Source: Ignavibacterium sp.
GTDB lineage: Bacteria > Bacteroidota > Ignavibacteria > UBA10030
Direction: 5' to 3'
Length of the DNA: 64,000 bases
NCBI GenBank assembly: GCA_039961715.1
Contig: JABRVW010000060.1
Coordinates: 22,949-86,948, forward strand
Below, piece after piece: positions 38,257 through 47,876 of the stretch; position 1 is the stretch's first letter; each line of letters opens with the position of its first letter. The notes under the pieces are model-generated. The model saw only the letters and a list, made by a program, of their open reading frames with translations, had not been told where the DNA came from and ran no database searches. Position numbers and translations under genes: made by a program.

Positions 38257-40047
38257 TCACTCCCACGCTGTGCCCAGCCAGGATTCATAGATCTGCTTCT
38301 GTAAAGCCGTCGGTTTGTCAGACCGTTTGACCTGGTAAGAGGGGACTGTACTCGGCGTAAGGGTGACGTCAAATTCGCGCAGGCGGTCATCGCGTATGAC
38401 CGTTATGCGCACGCGATCACCGTTCTTCTTGGAAGCAATTCGGTCCGGAATGTCGCCAGAACGAGCCCTGTACCCGTCCAGAGCAACGATCTCATCGCCG
38501 ACATTGAGGCCGGCGAGATAGGCAGGCGACCCGGCAACAACCGTACGGATGATGGTCCGCCCATCTTCATCTCGTGTAGAAGCGCCCAACCAGGGTGTTG
38601 CTCTTTGTTCGGAAGTGACGACGAGGCCGGCGTAGGAAAGCGCCTTTTCCCATTCAAGTGATTTTGTCCCATAGACGTGATCATCAAAAAATTGCTCGAA
38701 GCTTCCTCCGCCAAATTCCTCGCAAAGTTTTCTGAAGTCCTCGACCGTGTAACCGCTTCCGTTCCAGGGAAATCTCCTGTAGAGGGCGCGCATAACATCA
38801 TCAAGCGACCGCTTGTTCCCGGAACGCTGACGGATCTCCAGGTCCAGGATGAGACTGACGTCTGCTCCGCGGTCGTAGTAGTCAGATTCCGCATTGTAGG
38901 CATTTTCGTTGGATTTCCAGTATTTGACCCACGCGTCGAAACTGGACTCTGTCACCGGCTGCACCCTGTTTCCCGGCCTCATGCGCTCGCTTTCGATTTC
39001 CCGCGGAAGCTGGTCGATGATCTCCCGAGCCGTGATGTACCCCGTCCGCGCGAGCAACAGTCGTCCGTAGTAAGATGTTGTCCCTTCGGCAACCCACAGC
39101 TCCCGCGTATAGTTTTCCCGCGACCAGTCGTACGGGCTGATCCCTGCAGGCCGGATTTGTTTTACATTCCAGGTGTGAAAGTACTCGTGATTGACCAGGC
39201 CAAGAAAACCCCGATACGACCCCGGATTGGTAAGGGCAAACGGTCGGCCGCCCATGATCGTGGAGTTGATGTGCTCAGTACCGCCGCCTCCCCTCGCCGA
39301 AAGGTGGAGCATGAAGATGTAACGCTCATACGGCAGATCTCCCCAGAATTCCCGATTGGCCTTGATGATTCGCTTGAGGTCTTCCAGGATGGCCTTGACA
39401 TCGTACTCGCCCTTTCCGAGCACGCTGAATACGTGCTTCTTTCCTTCTGCTTCGAATTCGTAATCCTTCTGATCCCCCACGAAGAGGGGGCAATCCACCA
39501 AATAGTCATAGCTTGGGGCCCGGAAGGTGTTCGGGGTTCCAGCAGCACGGTCGAGGCCCGTTGTGACATGCCAATTGCCGTACGGAACGACAGTCAGCGT
39601 CACAGGGCGCTGGCGGTGGTTTGACGAATACATGAACACTGCCGCGCCGTCAAGAAATGCCCCCTCATCGTTCAACCCCTTTGTCCGTAAATGAAACTCG
39701 TTGGCGTACACCCGATACCGCGCAACCACTTTGGCCGAGCTTCCTTTTTCAATGCGCCAGGTGTCCTTGTCGGTCTTAATCCATTTCAAAAGCTTCCCCC
39801 CACCGTCGACAGCAGAAAAATCCTGCACAGCCCCCGCAAAGTCGAGGATGATATATCTTCCGGTTCGCCAGGCCGGGAGAGAAAGCTCGAACGACGATTC
39901 CGCTGCAGGAAGACCGTCAAAAGTAACCTCGACTTCGAACAAATGGGTCCAGGGCTCCGGCATGGAAAGCCGGTAAGCGATGGAAGGAGATTGTGCAATG
40001 GCCATGGTTGTCCAGAGACCGGTGATGAGAAGAAGAGATTGTTTCAT
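38257..40047 (-). CDS. M61 glycyl-aminopeptidase family protein with C-terminal PDZ domain
   Basis: Signal peptide. HEYFH (HExxH) zinc motif. C-terminal PDZ-like segment GSPAYLAGLNVGDEIVALDG. Confidence 0.75.
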   Translation of the reverse strand: MKQSLLLITGLWTTMAIAQSPSIAYRLSMPEPWTHLFEVEVTFDGLPAAESSFELSLPAWRTGRYIILDFAGAVQDFSAVDGGGKLLKWIKTDKDTWRIEKGSSAKVVARYRVYANEFHLRTKGLNDEGAFLDGAAVFMYSSNHRQRPVTLTVVPYGNWHVTTGLDRAAGTPNTFRAPSYDYLVDCPLFVGDQKDYEFEAEGKKHVFSVLGKGEYDVKAILEDLKRIIKANREFWGDLPYERYIFMLHLSARGGGGTEHINSTIMGGRPFALTNPGSYRGFLGLVNHEYFHTWNVKQIRPAGISPYDWSRENYTRELWVAEGTTSYYGRLLLARTGYITAREIIDQLPREIESERMRPGNRVQPVTESSFDAWVKYWKSNENAYNAESDYYDRGADVSLILDLEIRQRSGNKRSLDDVMRALYRRFPWNGSGYTVEDFRKLCEEFGGGSFEQFFDDHVYGTKSLEWEKALSYAGLVVTSEQRATPWLGASTRDEDGRTIIRTVVAGSPAYLAGLNVGDEIVALDGYRARSGDIPDRIASKKNGDRVRITVIRDDRLREFDVTLTPSTVPSYQVKRSDKPTALQKQIYESWLGTAWE

Positions 40048-40137
40048 GATCTGGTGCGCGATTGGTGGGTGGATGCCCGTCGTTTGTCTGGCATGATAAC
40101 GATATTGAATCTTCCATTCAAGGAGGGATTGTCGAAA

Positions 40138-41022
40138 TCACCGTTCGGTCCCCAGCATGATCAGGCCCCGGAGGAATCTGAACCCTACCACGGGATCATC
40201 CGATCGGATTGAAAGGGTCTTGGCGTCAAGCCGTGTCACGCCTGGAATGACCGAGGCCTGGTCTGCCTGCGAGCTTCGGAAGAACGTGAGCTCGAAGGTG
40301 TAAGGAGCGGGAAGAGTGTATGGTTTGATCGATTTCCTCTGGAGCACCGCCTTCTTCACTTCCTGCCTGATGAGTTCGTGGGCCTTCTTCAGTGGGAGTG
40401 TCCTGGCGGCACGCTTTCCGATGCCTTCTTTGACCGCCACAGTGATAACAGCATCGCCAAGAATCCTTCTTGCCTGTTCGCAGACAGCCTTGTCGCCGGA
40501 AACAAAAACCGCAGGGACGTTGTATCGTCCTGCAAGAAGCGCGTTGAGACCCAGCTCCGGCATTTCCACGCCGTTGACCTTTACCGAGGCCACCGTTCCA
40601 CCCGAAATCGTGTGGTCCAGCACTCCGTCCGTGGTGCCCTCTGCAGGGTGGTAGCCGATGAACACCGCCGCATCATAGGTGTCGTCGATTCCCTGCATCA
40701 TGCTGAGCGGCTTGGGGGATCCCGTAATGAGCGTTGCCGAAGGATGCAGGTCGGCAAGAATCAGGTTACGCATGCTTCCGTGGGAGTCGTTGACCACCAC
40801 TTCGGTGGCTCCGGCATCGAGCGCGCCCTGAACGGCCGCATTCGCTTCTTCTGTCATCCACCGTCTTGCCATTCCGTAATCCTTTCCATCACTCCCAACC
40901 TGATCCCCGTGCACGAGGCCTGTAATCCCTTCCATATCCACGGAAATGAATACCTTCAGCGATTGGGCGGACGCACCCGTGATGAGAAAGAGAAGAGAGA
41001 AGAGCAAACCGATTGTTTTCAT
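40138..41022 (-). CDS. M55 D-aminopeptidase DppA family
   Basis: Start at MKTIGLLFSLLFLITGASAQ (ATG 41022; the upstream 70-codon extension is rejected). DppA signature ISVDMEGITGL. Confidence 0.7.
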   Translation of the reverse strand: MKTIGLLFSLLFLITGASAQSLKVFISVDMEGITGLVHGDQVGSDGKDYGMARRWMTEEANAAVQGALDAGATEVVVNDSHGSMRNLILADLHPSATLITGSPKPLSMMQGIDDTYDAAVFIGYHPAEGTTDGVLDHTISGGTVASVKVNGVEMPELGLNALLAGRYNVPAVFVSGDKAVCEQARRILGDAVITVAVKEGIGKRAARTLPLKKAHELIRQEVKKAVLQRKSIKPYTLPAPYTFELTFFRSSQADQASVIPGVTRLDAKTLSIRSDDPVVGFRFLRGLIMLGTER

Positions 41023-41038
41023 AGCATCTCCTTGTGAA

Positions 41039-42061
41039 TTACGTCTGAAGAAAATTGAGTTGCCAGAGGTCGCGGCTGCTTGTTCTGAGAAACGGATGAA
41101 GAGCGAGCCGTCCCGTGGCTCCGATGCTTTGCTGTAAATACGCAAGCTCCTTGAATTTTGCCCGCACGTCGGCATCTTCGGCTGCAGGGGGGGTGAATCC
41201 CGCTTCACGCAGGAGAAGCATCCCCTTTGCACGGATGGAGAGTTCGAGGTAGATCTGAAGGTAGCAAATCATGTCGGCGATGATCTCACCGCGAAATCGG
41301 TCCTGGAGGGTCTTCAGGTACGTCCCTACGCGCGTCTGTGTCAGGTTCCCTGACGTGATCATTTCAAGCAGTTGGACGTCAGTATCAAATCCCACGCCGA
41401 GCCATTCCCTTGTCGAACGCTCGCTGGCTTGAAATACTGCTGCGAGGAGGAGGGGCAATCCTGCAATGATGGTCAGCGGTGAAAAGAGCGGGTGGAACAG
41501 AAAGTGGTTGTAGTAGGAGTGAATGAGTACGGCAAGAAGAAGCCCTTTCCACAGGACAAGAGGGGATTCCGTGGACCGTTCTTCGGCCTCCCGCTTTGCC
41601 ACGATGGCTACGATGGCGGTCGCGCCGCCGTGCATCACCGCCGTCCCAAAGCCGCGGACAATCCAGAGAAACATGTCGTCCGCCACGGAGGTCGTCAGAT
41701 AGTAAAGATTCTCGATGAACGCAAAGCCGGCCCCGACGGCAAATCCATAGATTGCCGCATCAACCATGAACCCGATGCGCTGTTTCCGGAGCAGGTAAAC
41801 GATGAACAGCGCCTTGAGAATTTCTTCGTTGACGGGGGCACCATAGCGCGTGAAGGTTACAAAGGGCAGGCCGATCAGCCCCTGAGTCCACGAATTGATG
41901 AAGTAGGACGCTCCCGCGGCTGCGCAGCCAAAGAGGATCGCCCCCGAAACGCCGCGTGCCCTCACAAGCTTGTAACTGTCGAGGAAAATCAGGGCGACGA
42001 GGAACAGGAACACCGGAGCCAGGCTGATGACGATGGCCGGTACTGCAGAGAGGTCGATCAT
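41039..42061 (-). CDS. PrsW family intramembrane protease
   Basis: Polytopic membrane protein with PrsW motifs NEEILKALF (EE), GFAFIENLYY, AVMHGGATA (H). Confidence 0.6.
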   Translation of the reverse strand: MIDLSAVPAIVISLAPVFLFLVALIFLDSYKLVRARGVSGAILFGCAAAGASYFINSWTQGLIGLPFVTFTRYGAPVNEEILKALFIVYLLRKQRIGFMVDAAIYGFAVGAGFAFIENLYYLTTSVADDMFLWIVRGFGTAVMHGGATAIVAIVAKREAEERSTESPLVLWKGLLLAVLIHSYYNHFLFHPLFSPLTIIAGLPLLLAAVFQASERSTREWLGVGFDTDVQLLEMITSGNLTQTRVGTYLKTLQDRFRGEIIADMICYLQIYLELSIRAKGMLLLREAGFTPPAAEDADVRAKFKELAYLQQSIGATGRLALHPFLRTSSRDLWQLNFLQT

Positions 42062-45015
42062 TGCAGAATCTTAAGGGACACCATGAATTCGTCCGACGAT
42101 CGCTGATTCTTCTCTGCGGCCCTCGCATAGCCCAGAGAGAAGGTTGATTCAAAGGACGAGAAGAGCACGAGTCGAACATCGAGTTGTGCGCCCGCGCTGA
42201 TTGCTGTGCCGCGCGAAATCTTGTCTACATTCGTCCCGATGGCCGCGGTGAACAGGGACAGGCGCATCCAGTTGGAATAGAGAGTCTGGAATCCCAGGTG
42301 ACGGAATCGTATGGGCGGAAGGTTCCATTCCAGCATGCCCTTCAAATAATTGATGCCGCCAATCTGGTTGATGGCGAGCCCGGGAAAACTTTGGTCCTCC
42401 CGGTACCGCCAGATCTCTCCCACGTCCACCCAGTTGTTTCCAAAACCCCCGAAATAGAAATTGGCGAACGGATTGTCGCGCCGGCCGAACGAAATGCCTC
42501 CGGCTGTCCTCAGCCACAGGGACGAATGGTCGATGGGTAACAGGAAGCCGTAGCCGAGATTCGTGCTCATGCGCGGATAAGCTTCCCCCAGCACCATGTT
42601 CGCATGGGTGGCTGCGCGCCACTCCAGGCCCTTCTCATGCTCCACGGCTCCCAGAGACTTCGAAAGGTTCTGATAGTTGATGCGGGCATCGAAGGACCAG
42701 AACCGGTCAAACGAAGCGACAATGTTCTGAAACTCCGGCAAACGCTCCAGTCCCCAGTATCCGCCAACGGTGAACCGGTAATCCATCGTTTCCGGCTCGT
42801 CAAAGATTGCGTAATCCTTGTACTGGAGCGAAAGGGAATATCCTTTCCGGCTTGTCTTCGTCGGCCCAAACAGGTCGTAGAAGTCCGCTCCGTTCATTGC
42901 GGCCGTCAGCTTCCATTCCCAAAGCCTGTAGTTGAGAACGGCATGAATGCGCTCGTTGGATGGAAGCACTGTGTTGGGAGTGTAGGAAGCCGTCAGGTCG
43001 ATCATATGCGAGTAGATGGGATCCGCAAAGCTGAAACGCATCCCGTACGCTGCAAAGTTCTTGTATCCCTCAACCACGGGGTAGGCGGACACGAGCGAGA
43101 TGTGCGTCTTGTACTCCCCGCGGTAGGCGACAAGCGAATCAAGGTTCACGTTTGCCGCTGAGGGACGGCGCACGTGCCATGATCGCACCACGGGATGACG
43201 TTTTGCGATCTCGTTCCCCAGGTAACGGATTGCGCCCACGTTCTCTACGGGTGTGGTGCCGATCATCACGGGCACAAATCCCTGCCCTGTATACAGAAAG
43301 GCGAGGATAGAATCGGGAGACACCGGAGTTGGGCGGAAGAGGCCGGTTTCGCAATTCGTCAACCAGTGCATCTCCTTTGTCTCAAAATCGTACCGGACAA
43401 TGTTCGATACCCCGCTGTAGTACGACGATCCGAACAGATGCTTCCCGTCGGGTGAGAACACAAAGTTCGCAGGGGTGCTGATGTCGAAATCGTACAGAAT
43501 GTCATAGGACGTCTTCCCTGCAAGAAGATCGGCAATGTTCATCGCGATAAGCTTCTGCGTACCGTCCAGTTCCGCTAACGCGGCCGTCAGCATCGTTCCA
43601 TCCGGCGAAATGTCGAGATCAAAAATGTCCTTCCCATACGGCCACGCAGAGACCAGATTCCATTCCGTATACGGCGCGGGGATTCTCACGAGGGAGGAGA
43701 TCCCATTGTAGTGCCGGACGCCCCAGAGGCTCCGATCGGAGGGATTGAACACGAAGTCCCCGGTACGGCAGTCCTTCAGGAGCATCGTTGTCTGGCCTGT
43801 TTTGAGATCATAGGCGTTCAGGTCCCGCCACTTATTGTTATCGGTCGAGAAGAACAAAGTTTCTGTTGAAGGATCGTGGGCGAGGGAGGTGACGTAAAAC
43901 AGAGTGCCTCCGCGAACGTCATGCAGTCTGCGCTTTGTTCCCGTGGCGAGGTCGATTGCGGCAAGGTGTGCGACCTGGCCCGGATAATTCACCGCGGCGT
44001 AAAGAACGTTTCGCTCCCTGTCCACAAACGGCCTCGAGACAGATCCCAGGAGCGTCCGCGTGATTTTCCGGTACGGAGTGACCGGATTCATCCTGATCAG
44101 ATCGAGGTTCTCGCGTTGCCACTCACGCTCCCATGCGATCCAACGGGCCCACTCCTCGTCAAGCGGAGTTCCGAACACCTGCCTGAACCGCGCCGCGAAA
44201 TGATTCTTGCTCTCGCGATCGTGGTTGTTCCATGCCACGACCTTCTCCGGTCCGTACTGGAGAGCCAGATAGCTCATGAAGCGGGTGCCGTACAGATAGG
44301 AATTTGCCCCGACCTGGAAATCGGCCTTGGTCCCTTCTGCCTCCAGCCCCACGATGTCATAGAAGTGCGCGCTGTCTCTGACCATGGTACGGAACATCAT
44401 TTCGTCATAGGCGCCGAGGGCGCGGCCCAGTCCCCCGTTCATCCAGGTCTCCATGAACACCGCCTGCCCCTCGAAAAACCAGCTCGGCGCGTAGAGACGC
44501 GGGCTGGTAAGATACCCGTAGAGAAGCGAGAGAGGCGCTTCGGGAATCGGCGCAATCTTCCCCCCGAAGAGCGATCGAAAGAATTTCGCGGTCGATGAAG
44601 GCTTGTCCATGGTGACGATATGGGCAAGTTCGTGATTCATCATCCAGCTCATCCGCTCCACTGCCGGCATGGTTTCGTAGGAATAGTGAAACGGCGAGAT
44701 TCCCACGCTGATAAGATTTCTCGGTACTCCGGTGGCCCCTCCGTTTCCGAAATCGCCAAAATCCTGGATCAGCACCGTCACAGGTTCCGAAGGTGTGTAG
44801 TCGAAGAGCCGGGAATGGAAATCGAGGGCAACCTCAAAGCAGCGGGCCACGTGAGGGACAAGGTATTCATGTCCTTTGGAGAAATACACAAGTCGAAGAT
44901 GCTCGGTCTCCAGGGCGGACAGCTGGGCGTGCACGTGACCCGCCGAAAGCCCGTGGAACAATCCGGCCAGGAGGAGTGATCGTGCGGACAGGGGCATGCG
45001 TCCTTCGCTGATCAA
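42058..45015 (-). CDS. Large secreted HExxH zinc metalloprotease-like protein with beta-propeller-type repeats
   Basis: Signal peptide. N-terminal HELAH motif. Central region with repeated WD/TolB-like blades. 985 aa. ATGA overlap with the downstream PrsW gene. Confidence 0.5.
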   Translation of the reverse strand: MISEGRMPLSARSLLLAGLFHGLSAGHVHAQLSALETEHLRLVYFSKGHEYLVPHVARCFEVALDFHSRLFDYTPSEPVTVLIQDFGDFGNGGATGVPRNLISVGISPFHYSYETMPAVERMSWMMNHELAHIVTMDKPSSTAKFFRSLFGGKIAPIPEAPLSLLYGYLTSPRLYAPSWFFEGQAVFMETWMNGGLGRALGAYDEMMFRTMVRDSAHFYDIVGLEAEGTKADFQVGANSYLYGTRFMSYLALQYGPEKVVAWNNHDRESKNHFAARFRQVFGTPLDEEWARWIAWEREWQRENLDLIRMNPVTPYRKITRTLLGSVSRPFVDRERNVLYAAVNYPGQVAHLAAIDLATGTKRRLHDVRGGTLFYVTSLAHDPSTETLFFSTDNNKWRDLNAYDLKTGQTTMLLKDCRTGDFVFNPSDRSLWGVRHYNGISSLVRIPAPYTEWNLVSAWPYGKDIFDLDISPDGTMLTAALAELDGTQKLIAMNIADLLAGKTSYDILYDFDISTPANFVFSPDGKHLFGSSYYSGVSNIVRYDFETKEMHWLTNCETGLFRPTPVSPDSILAFLYTGQGFVPVMIGTTPVENVGAIRYLGNEIAKRHPVVRSWHVRRPSAANVNLDSLVAYRGEYKTHISLVSAYPVVEGYKNFAAYGMRFSFADPIYSHMIDLTASYTPNTVLPSNERIHAVLNYRLWEWKLTAAMNGADFYDLFGPTKTSRKGYSLSLQYKDYAIFDEPETMDYRFTVGGYWGLERLPEFQNIVASFDRFWSFDARINYQNLSKSLGAVEHEKGLEWRAATHANMVLGEAYPRMSTNLGYGFLLPIDHSSLWLRTAGGISFGRRDNPFANFYFGGFGNNWVDVGEIWRYREDQSFPGLAINQIGGINYLKGMLEWNLPPIRFRHLGFQTLYSNWMRLSLFTAAIGTNVDKISRGTAISAGAQLDVRLVLFSSFESTFSLGYARAAEKNQRSSDEFMVSLKILQ

Positions 45016-45085
45016 AAAATGAGAGGGGTGATGGCGTTGTAGTCGCTAAGAATCGGAGATAATATGGAGAAAGGCAAGCCGGAAG

Positions 45086-45121
45086 GAAAAAAGAAGAGGG
45101 AATGACCTCGCGGCCATTCCC
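45086..45121 (-). terminator. Intrinsic terminator (minus strand) after the repeat-protein gene
   Basis: 7-bp stem gggaatg / cattccc with a 10-nt loop. The plus-strand A/G-rich run immediately 5' of it gives a U-rich tract on the minus-strand transcript. Confidence 0.45.
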
Positions 45122-45144
45122 TCGAAACAACCAGCAAACAGTGG

Positions 45145-46452
45145 TCAGTCCAGACGATGAACGCCCTTGACCAGCTCTGCGAATCGCGCGCTCTTCAGGA
45201 GCTCGGCGAAACGGGCATCTTTCATGAGGCCCGCGAACCTGGCATCCTTGGCGAGCTGGGCGAACCGTGCATCCTTCATGAGCTCGGCAAAACGGGCATC
45301 TTTCATCAGCTCGGCAAAGCGTGCGTCTTTCATAAGTCCCGCGAAACGGGCGTCCTTTGCCAATTCCGCAAACCGTGCATCTTTCATCAGCGCGGCAAAT
45401 CGCGCGTCCTTGGCGAGCTCGGCGAACCGTGCATCCTTCATAAGCTCGGCAAAGCGGGCGTCCTTCGCCAGTTCCGCGAACCGGGCGCTCTTCAGGAGTT
45501 CTGCAAACCGTGAATCCTTGGCAAGCTCAGCAAACCTGGCATCTTTGGCCAGCGCAGCGAAGCGAGCGTTGTTTGCCAGTTCCGCAAAGCGGGCATCTTT
45601 CATCAGCTCCGCGAATCTGGCGTCCTTCATGAGTTCCGCAAAGCGGGCGCTTTTCACAAGCTCTGCAAAGCGGGCATCCTTCGCCAGCTCGGCGAACCGG
45701 GCATCTTTTGCCAGTTCGGCAAACCGCGCATCCTTTGCCAGTTCGGCAAAGCGGGCGTCCTTCGCCAGTTCCGCGAACCGTGCATCCTTCAGAAGCTCGG
45801 CAAACCGCGCATCTTTTGCCAGCTCTGCGAATCGCGCATCCTTGGCCAGTTCGGCAAACCGCGCATTGTTCGCCAGTTCCGCAAACCGCGCATCCTGCAT
45901 AAGCTCGGCGAAGCGCGCATCCTTCATCAGCTCGGCAAACCGGGCGTCTTTCATAAGTTCCGCAAAGCGGGCGCCCTGAAGCAATTCGGCAAACCGCGCA
46001 TCCTTCGCCAGCTCTGCGAACCGTGCATCCTTCGCCAGCTCGGCGAACCGTGCATCTTTTGCCAGTTCGGCAAACCGCGCATCCTGCATGAGCTCGGCAA
46101 AGTATGCGCCTTGCATCAATTCGGCAAACCGCGCATCCTTCGCCAGTTCGACGAACCGGGCATCCTGCATCAGCGCCTGGAAGTTCGGGTCGCCGATCAG
46201 CTTCTGAACCTGGTCGCTCTGCAACAGCAGTTGAAACTCGGGATCCTCAAGATTGACATCCTCGGCTGTCATTTGCTCGGCGCGGTACTTCTCAGCCTTC
46301 TGGATCCCGCCAATCGTTCCCGCCGCATCGTCTGAGCTGACGGGCGGATAGAAGAACGCAAAATAGATGATTGCCAGTGCGGCGACGACAACTCCGCCGG
46401 CGGCAAACAATCTCTTGCGGCTTCCCGCTGATCCTGTGGAACTCGGTGCCAT
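45145..46452 (-). CDS. Membrane-anchored tandem nonapeptide-repeat protein (about 40 x [K/Q]-D-A-R-F-A-E-L-[A/M/L])
   Basis: N-terminal single TM (RKRLFAAGGVVVAALAIIYFAFFY) with positive-inside residues. About 40 consecutive 9-aa repeats. Perfect SD (AAGGAGGA) 5 nt upstream of ATG. 17-nt gap after the anti-sigma gene. Own terminator downstream. Confidence 0.75.
   Translation of the reverse strand: MAPSSTGSAGSRKRLFAAGGVVVAALAIIYFAFFYPPVSSDDAAGTIGGIQKAEKYRAEQMTAEDVNLEDPEFQLLLQSDQVQKLIGDPNFQALMQDARFVELAKDARFAELMQGAYFAELMQDARFAELAKDARFAELAKDARFAELAKDARFAELLQGARFAELMKDARFAELMKDARFAELMQDARFAELANNARFAELAKDARFAELAKDARFAELLKDARFAELAKDARFAELAKDARFAELAKDARFAELAKDARFAELVKSARFAELMKDARFAELMKDARFAELANNARFAALAKDARFAELAKDSRFAELLKSARFAELAKDARFAELMKDARFAELAKDARFAALMKDARFAELAKDARFAGLMKDARFAELMKDARFAELMKDARFAQLAKDARFAGLMKDARFAELLKSARFAELVKGVHRLD
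45166..46248 (-). repeat. Coding tandem repeat, 27-bp period, about 40 copies, degenerate at synonymous positions
   Basis: Protein-level period of 9 residues, with 3 degenerate N-terminal copies then about 37 near-identical copies. The DNA copies differ mainly at third codon positions. Confidence 0.85.
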
Positions 46453-46469
46453 GACTCCTCCTTGTGGGT

Positions 46470-47225
46470 TTAGTGTGATTGATCCGTTTGACGTTCGGAA
46501 TCAAAAACCAGTCGTTGCTCGAACTGCGTCGTTCCATCGAGAAGAATCTGTACAGCGAGTGTCGGAGTCTGTTGATCGGAGGCAAAGCTGAGGGTGGTGT
46601 TCACGTCATTCCTGACGGCCAGGCGCACCTGACCGGGGGAAACTTCAAGTGTGGAGGGCTGATCGGCCGCATAGCGCACAAACCTGGCGTCGGTTGGGGA
46701 ATAAAGAACACGCACGGTGAATTCACGGCCGCTCTGAAAAGAACCATGGACCTGAATTGTCCCGTCGACCACCTGGCCCCTGATCGAACCGCTGACCTCG
46801 GGGAGTTCGATCCGGGCGGAGGCTTTTGCGGATTGTCCGATCGTGCCCGCGAGCCCGGCGGAATCCGAGGGAGCTCCGGAGAAGGCAAGAAAAAGGGCGA
46901 TCCCCGCCACAACGCCGCCGGCAAAGGTAGAGGCAGTGCGGAAAACCGGAATCCGGACAAAATCGGAGAGACGATCCCAAAGGGAGGACGAGGCCGCGGA
47001 AGGCCGCGGAAGCGAATTGAGAATTCTGAGCTTGAGGGAACGTGGAGGATCAACTTTGGGAACGTTCTTGAGCGTTGCCGAAAGCTTCTTCAACTCGGCG
47101 TACAGCTCACGCGCTTCTTTGTTCCGTTCAAGAGTCTCCCGCACGCGTTCACTGTCACGCGGAGAGTTTGCTCCATCGATTTCCTGATTCACGAGATCGT
47201 ACGTTCGCTTGTCAAGCATTGGCAA
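46470..47225 (-). CDS. Membrane anti-sigma factor (single TM, cytoplasmic N-domain)
   Basis: Start overlaps the ECF sigma gene end. N-terminal 70 aa charged/helical, typical of anti-sigma domains. Single TM FAGGVVAGIALFLAF. Periplasmic C-domain. Confidence 0.6.
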   Translation of the reverse strand: MPMLDKRTYDLVNQEIDGANSPRDSERVRETLERNKEARELYAELKKLSATLKNVPKVDPPRSLKLRILNSLPRPSAASSSLWDRLSDFVRIPVFRTASTFAGGVVAGIALFLAFSGAPSDSAGLAGTIGQSAKASARIELPEVSGSIRGQVVDGTIQVHGSFQSGREFTVRVLYSPTDARFVRYAADQPSTLEVSPGQVRLAVRNDVNTTLSFASDQQTPTLAVQILLDGTTQFEQRLVFDSERQTDQSH

Positions 47226-47754
47226 TTCCCTTTTTCATCAACACTCGTCTGAGAACGCGTCTGGCGGAAAAAAGGCGTGACTTGACGGTATTCTCGCGAA
47301 GATCGAGAATGTAGGCAATCTCACGGTAGGAAAGGTCCTGAAAGTGATTCAAGATCACGAGGATGCGATAGTCGGGCTTCAATTCCAGCAGAGCATTGTT
47401 GATGGCGAGTGTCATTTCGGGATCGCCGGCCGTTTCTTCTTCTCTCTGCTTCGAATGAAGTGTTTCGTCGAACCGGTCGAAATCCCGTTTGCGATTCAGG
47501 AAGTTGATGGATTCGTTCACGGCGATCTTATAAAGCCAGCTGAAGAACTTGTACTTCGGATCGAACGTGCTCAGCTTCTCGAATGCCTTGACGAACACCG
47601 TCTGCGTGATATCCTCGGCGTCTTCCGTGTCCGTTGTGAAGCGGAAGGCCAGATTGAACACCGGTTTCTGGTACCGGTCAACAAGCTCCTCAAAGGCTTT
47701 CTGGTTCCCGTCCAGGCATTGGCGAACGAGAAGGGAATCCTCTTCCTGTCTCAT
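47212..47754 (-). CDS. ECF (group IV) RNA polymerase sigma factor
   Basis: Region 2 (FEELVDRYQKPVFNLAFRF...DITQTVFVKAF) and region 4 (LSYREIAYILDLRENTVKSRL). Start taken at MRQEEDS (ATG 47754); a 35-codon upstream extension is possible. Confidence 0.8.
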   Translation of the reverse strand: MRQEEDSLLVRQCLDGNQKAFEELVDRYQKPVFNLAFRFTTDTEDAEDITQTVFVKAFEKLSTFDPKYKFFSWLYKIAVNESINFLNRKRDFDRFDETLHSKQREEETAGDPEMTLAINNALLELKPDYRILVILNHFQDLSYREIAYILDLRENTVKSRLFSARRVLRRVLMKKGIANA

Positions 47755-47876
47755 ACCTACAAGCGATCTCTGGAAAAGTTGGCGTGTGCAGGGGGAGAAA
47801 GGTACTCCCTTTTGAGGGAGAGTTGCAACCAAAACCGGAAAAACGGCCAAAAAACGCAAAAACCGGGGGGTGGGAT

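Noticed and set aside
45157-45979. Plus-strand ORFs 45157..45513 and 45167..45979 with their own tandem repeats (RASFxSSAK...)
   Set aside because: These are alternative-frame or antisense read-throughs of the 27-bp repeat. The minus-strand frame has a signal-anchor, a perfect SD and a terminator, and is the real gene.
45166-46248. Possibility that the 27-bp tandem array is a CRISPR or non-coding minisatellite
   Set aside because: There are no spacers and the copies are contiguous. They sit in a single open reading frame with variation confined mainly to synonymous positions, and the array has translation signals. It is a coding repeat.
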